A stretch of DNA of 63,456 nt, counting the filler, from Craspedostauros australis (Eukaryota): NCBI GenBank assembly GCA_030167865.1. It is 15 parts of 15 records of this genome, joined end to end, with 100 filler letters (N's around TTAATTAATTAA, not from the genome) between each part and the next. Parts side by side here need not be neighbours in the genome. Positions count along the whole stretch, not along the records: positions 60,116 to 61,855 come from JALAGF010000019.1; positions 61,956 to 63,456 come from JALAGF010000021.1; 13 more parts are not named here. The stretch is one strand, 5' to 3'. The notes under the pieces are model-generated. The model was given only the letters and a program-made list of their open reading frames with translations, was not told where the DNA came from and searched no databases. Position numbers and translations under genes: made by a program. Of the stretch, positions 60,508 through 63,456 are shown in pieces; position 1 is the first letter of the stretch, and each line of letters opens with the position of its first letter.

Positions 60508-61548
60508 CTATTGTGGCTCGACTTCACCCTTCCAGAAATCGACATACGACCTCAGCGCCTCATCGTACGGCGTTGCCTTCATGCCGAACGTATCGATGAA
60601 GTCGGAGTCGTCGACGGTGTAGTCCTTCGTCCAGATGGGCAACATCTCGAGGATCTCTCCCATGATCCCGACGAAGGGTGAGAGCATCCAGATGAATCGC
60701 TTGGAGTATGTGGTCACCAAGATTTTCTTGGCGCGCTTCCTTCCTGACTTCCCGTTCTGTGCCTGCACGATCTGGCCAACATCCTGCGCGATGTCCGTCA
60801 TCGATTTGCCATGGATGGTGTGCGGGCAGATCCATTTGCGACCGTACGCGTCGTCATTGATGCTCGCGACGTAAAGCGCGCGGGCGAAGTCTGGGACGAA
60901 GCAAAAGTCGTGGACGACGGTGGACGATCCAACTGCCATGGGCTTCTGCCCTTTGGTGATGGCGCCGACGAAAGTCTCTCCCATGAAGCCGCTGGCCGTG
61001 ACGTATCGACCGAAAAAGTCGGCGCCTCCGACGATCACCATGCGGTTGTCATCCAATCGGGGTTGGAATTGCTTCCACATCGCTGCCCTTGTTCCTGGCT
61101 TGGATGGTCGCGAGGTTGGCTGCACGTAAAGCGCAGGATCCTTGCTGGGAGAGATGTTGCCGCTGCCGTAGGCGTAGAGGTTGTCGCAAAATACGAGTTT
61201 TTGGTGCAGTTGCTGGTTGGATCCGGCGAGGAGGTTGTCCGCGATGATCGGCCAGTGCTTAGACCAGTACTTGGCCTCGTATCTGTTGAAGCCGATGCAT
61301 GAGTACACGATATCGGCATCCTTCGACAGCGCGAGGACCGACTCTCGGTTGTTGGGATCGCCTTGGAGGACCTGGACGGAAGGCAGATGCGAGAAGATCT
61401 TCGTCTCTGCATTGCGAGAAACAGCCAGGACAGTCCAGCTGGGTTGTTCTGCAACGACGATATCCACCAGGTGTCGTCCAACGGCTCCCGTGGCACCGAA
61501 AATGATGGCTGTCTTGTTGTCGTTGCTTCTTTTGTTGGATGGCGTCAT
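60508..61548 (-). CDS. NAD-dependent epimerase/dehydratase family (atypical SDR)
   Basis: IFGATGAVG Rossmann motif, VLQGD, DNLYAYG, DFFG and HDFCFVPDFARAL. Confidence 0.88.
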   Translation of the reverse strand: MTPSNKRSNDNKTAIIFGATGAVGRHLVDIVVAEQPSWTVLAVSRNAETKIFSHLPSVQVLQGDPNNRESVLALSKDADIVYSCIGFNRYEAKYWSKHWPIIADNLLAGSNQQLHQKLVFCDNLYAYGSGNISPSKDPALYVQPTSRPSKPGTRAAMWKQFQPRLDDNRMVIVGGADFFGRYVTASGFMGETFVGAITKGQKPMAVGSSTVVHDFCFVPDFARALYVASINDDAYGRKWICPHTIHGKSMTDIAQDVGQIVQAQNGKSGRKRAKKILVTTYSKRFIWMLSPFVGIMGEILEMLPIWTKDYTVDDSDFIDTFGMKATPYDEALRSYVDFWKGEVEPQ

Positions 61549-62180
61549 GGTAATTGTTGCTGTGATTGTTTCTGTATTTGTGGTGTTGTGGTTGGTGTTG
61601 TGGTTCTTTTGAAAATTGTGAGAGTGAGGATGACGATTGGGACGCCAGGATTCTCAAACCACGATGTTATCGTTGTGTTCCATGATACGTTGCTCCTCCT
61701 CCTCCTCCTCCTCCTCCTCCTCCTCTGTCTGATAATCATGTCGTAATGTTTGTGATGGTGGTCTTCCTGGTACTTCCTGGTCTTGTTCCATGATCATCAA
61801 CACCGACTATTTTTCTGCAATCCAGGGGCGGATCGAGATTCGGGTGGCCGAGTTGNNNNNNNNNNNNNNNNNNNNNNNNNNNNNNNNNNNNNNNNNNNNT
61901 TAATTAATTAANNNNNNNNNNNNNNNNNNNNNNNNNNNNNNNNNNNNNNNNNNNNCCATTGGTGATGCAGTAGTCTGTCAGATGATATCGTCATCTGAGG
62001 TTTAGTTGGGAAGTACCTCGAGATTCTCTTGGTACCATTAACGCATGGACGGACGATCTTCTGATTCTCTCAGAAATCGTTATTTGCAAATTTCCTCCAG
62101 AAATCTTGCCCCTTTTCGTGTGTTCCATTNNNNNNNNNNNNNNNNNNNNNNNNNNNNNNNNNNNNNNNNNNNNNNNNNNN

Positions 62181-62269
62181 TACCGTCCAAGTGCGTATGA
62201 GAGAATAGCGGGTGAACGATGCACATATACACGTACATCTTGACATATACTCACATGTACATCTCGACA
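62181..62269 (-). mobile_element. LTR-like element terminus, family B, copy 3, inserted in the SIT gene
   Basis: The reverse complement of TGTCGAGATGTACATGTGAG... begins at 62269, directly after SIT codons ...EEINSCSN. Confidence 0.8.
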
Positions 62270-63456
62270 CGTTGCTGCACGAATTGATCTCCTCGCGGAG
62301 TCCCTTGATGTTGGACAGGATGCGCTCGCGGCGGGAAGAGAAGGAATCTGGCTGGGCGGCCAAGGCCTTCTGCATCTCGAGGTGCTCGCGTGGAACGGCG
62401 GTAGAACCTGCCTTGATCACAAGAACGTTGGTTCCCAAATGCAGGTTGTGGTTGCTCTTGTGGTCTGACTTCATGCCGGCGGCGCGCTCCTCTGGGGTGC
62501 CGATGCACACCTTATCGAGCTGGAAGCCAGAGACGGCCTTGTGGACGGAGGCAAGGATCCAAGCTCCAGAGCAAATACTGGTGGGTTCCAACAACAGAAA
62601 GAACTGGAGGAAGATGTAGACGATTGGGTTGGAAAGGAAGGCGATGGGGAAGACCGATGCGACCAGCTGCCACGTGATGGAGGCGATGATGGTGGTGATG
62701 AGGGCTCCGAGAAGCCCGGTGTTGAAGAATTCCTGGGTGCTGTCGGAGACTCCGAAGATGTTCTCGCCGGTTCCGANCTCGACATCGAGAGTGGTGACAC
62801 GGGCGATGATGAAGAAGCACATGGTCACGCAGATCTGACGTCCGATCATGAATCCTGGAAGGTTGCGTCCGTCACCGCGGAAGAGGAGCTCGCAGGGCTT
62901 GCGGGCCATTGGGTGATCTCCACGATCCTCCTTTGGAAGTTTGGCGACAGCGAAGAAGGCGATCTGCATACCCTTGAGCATACCGATGATGGACACGAAG
63001 AGGAAGAAGAGGATGACAGCGACTCCGTTTGGCACTCCGGCCCACATGGTGGTCTTTCCATCGAAGAGGGCGACCAGGGTGACGGCCATGGCGTAGCACA
63101 GGATGGCNAGGGAGATGAGGATGCGNCCCCAGTAGAAGAGGTTCTGGGCACCGTCGCGTGGTGGTTCCTTNGACTCGATTTCCTTGCCGGAGGNNCAGAC
63201 GAAGAACATCTGGACGAGGTAGCACGAATGCAGAAGTCCGGAGAACTCGATGGCGAGGGCGACATAGAGGGTGAAGACGGCGAAGAAGTTGTTGACGCAG
63301 TCAAGCATGCAAAGGGAGGCGTTGACTTGGGAGTTGAGCTGTCCGGCTTGAGCGGCCATGAGGATCATGGCAGCTCCGGATCCGAGGAAGATCTGGATGA
63401 TGATGTCTGGGAGTCCGAAGACTTCGGCGTCGGCGAGCGGGGCACCGCACTGGTTG
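62270..63456 (-). pseudogene. SIT: Diatom silicon transporter (SIT), partial; LTR-interrupted and probably non-functional
   Basis: GQLNSQVNASLCMLD, EFSGLLHSCYLVQ, GMQIAFFAVAKLP, GFMIGRQICV and NTGLLGALITTI; open to the window end; the conserved EGMQ reads KGMQ. Confidence 0.92.

Noticed and set aside
56545..63456. Functional linkage between the plasmid-like contig, the SDR and SIT
   Set aside because: They are on different contigs separated by artificial linkers.

Overview
This window is not one locus. It is 15 short contigs joined by 14 artificial 100-nt linkers (Ns + TTAATTAATTAA + Ns), so gene neighbourhoods across linkers mean nothing. Most of it is nuclear DNA from a eukaryotic alga, almost certainly a diatom: it has a silicon transporter (SIT), an ASAFAP-type bipartite plastid-targeting presequence and a spliceosomal intron in transketolase. 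Ordinary genes include a cytosolic transketolase, a MORN-repeat protein, a GT92-like glycosyltransferase, an ankyrin protein, a patatin-like lipase, an atypical SDR, a coiled-coil protein, two fragments of TPR-like signalling ATPases and several hypotheticals. Contig ends are rich in transposon debris. These include a piggyBac-like transposase interrupted by a 688-bp AGTT...AACT element with a perfect 5-bp target-site duplication, a TG-start LTR family that also disrupts the SIT copy, a decayed RLE-type non-LTR retroelement, and a Harbinger/ISL2EU-like transposase with a 69-bp repeat array. The standout is the AT-rich contig 56545-58855, which has prokaryote/plastid-type expression signals. 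It carries a truncated serine-resolvase HTH gene overlapping a gene with Rep_trans (rolling-circle initiator) motifs, plus a hairpin resembling the pT181 nick site, so it is a candidate diatom plasmid or plastid rolling-circle replicon. A duplicated tRNA-like Pol III cassette (12799-13491) is the second notable oddity. All family calls come from reading motifs by eye; no searches were run.
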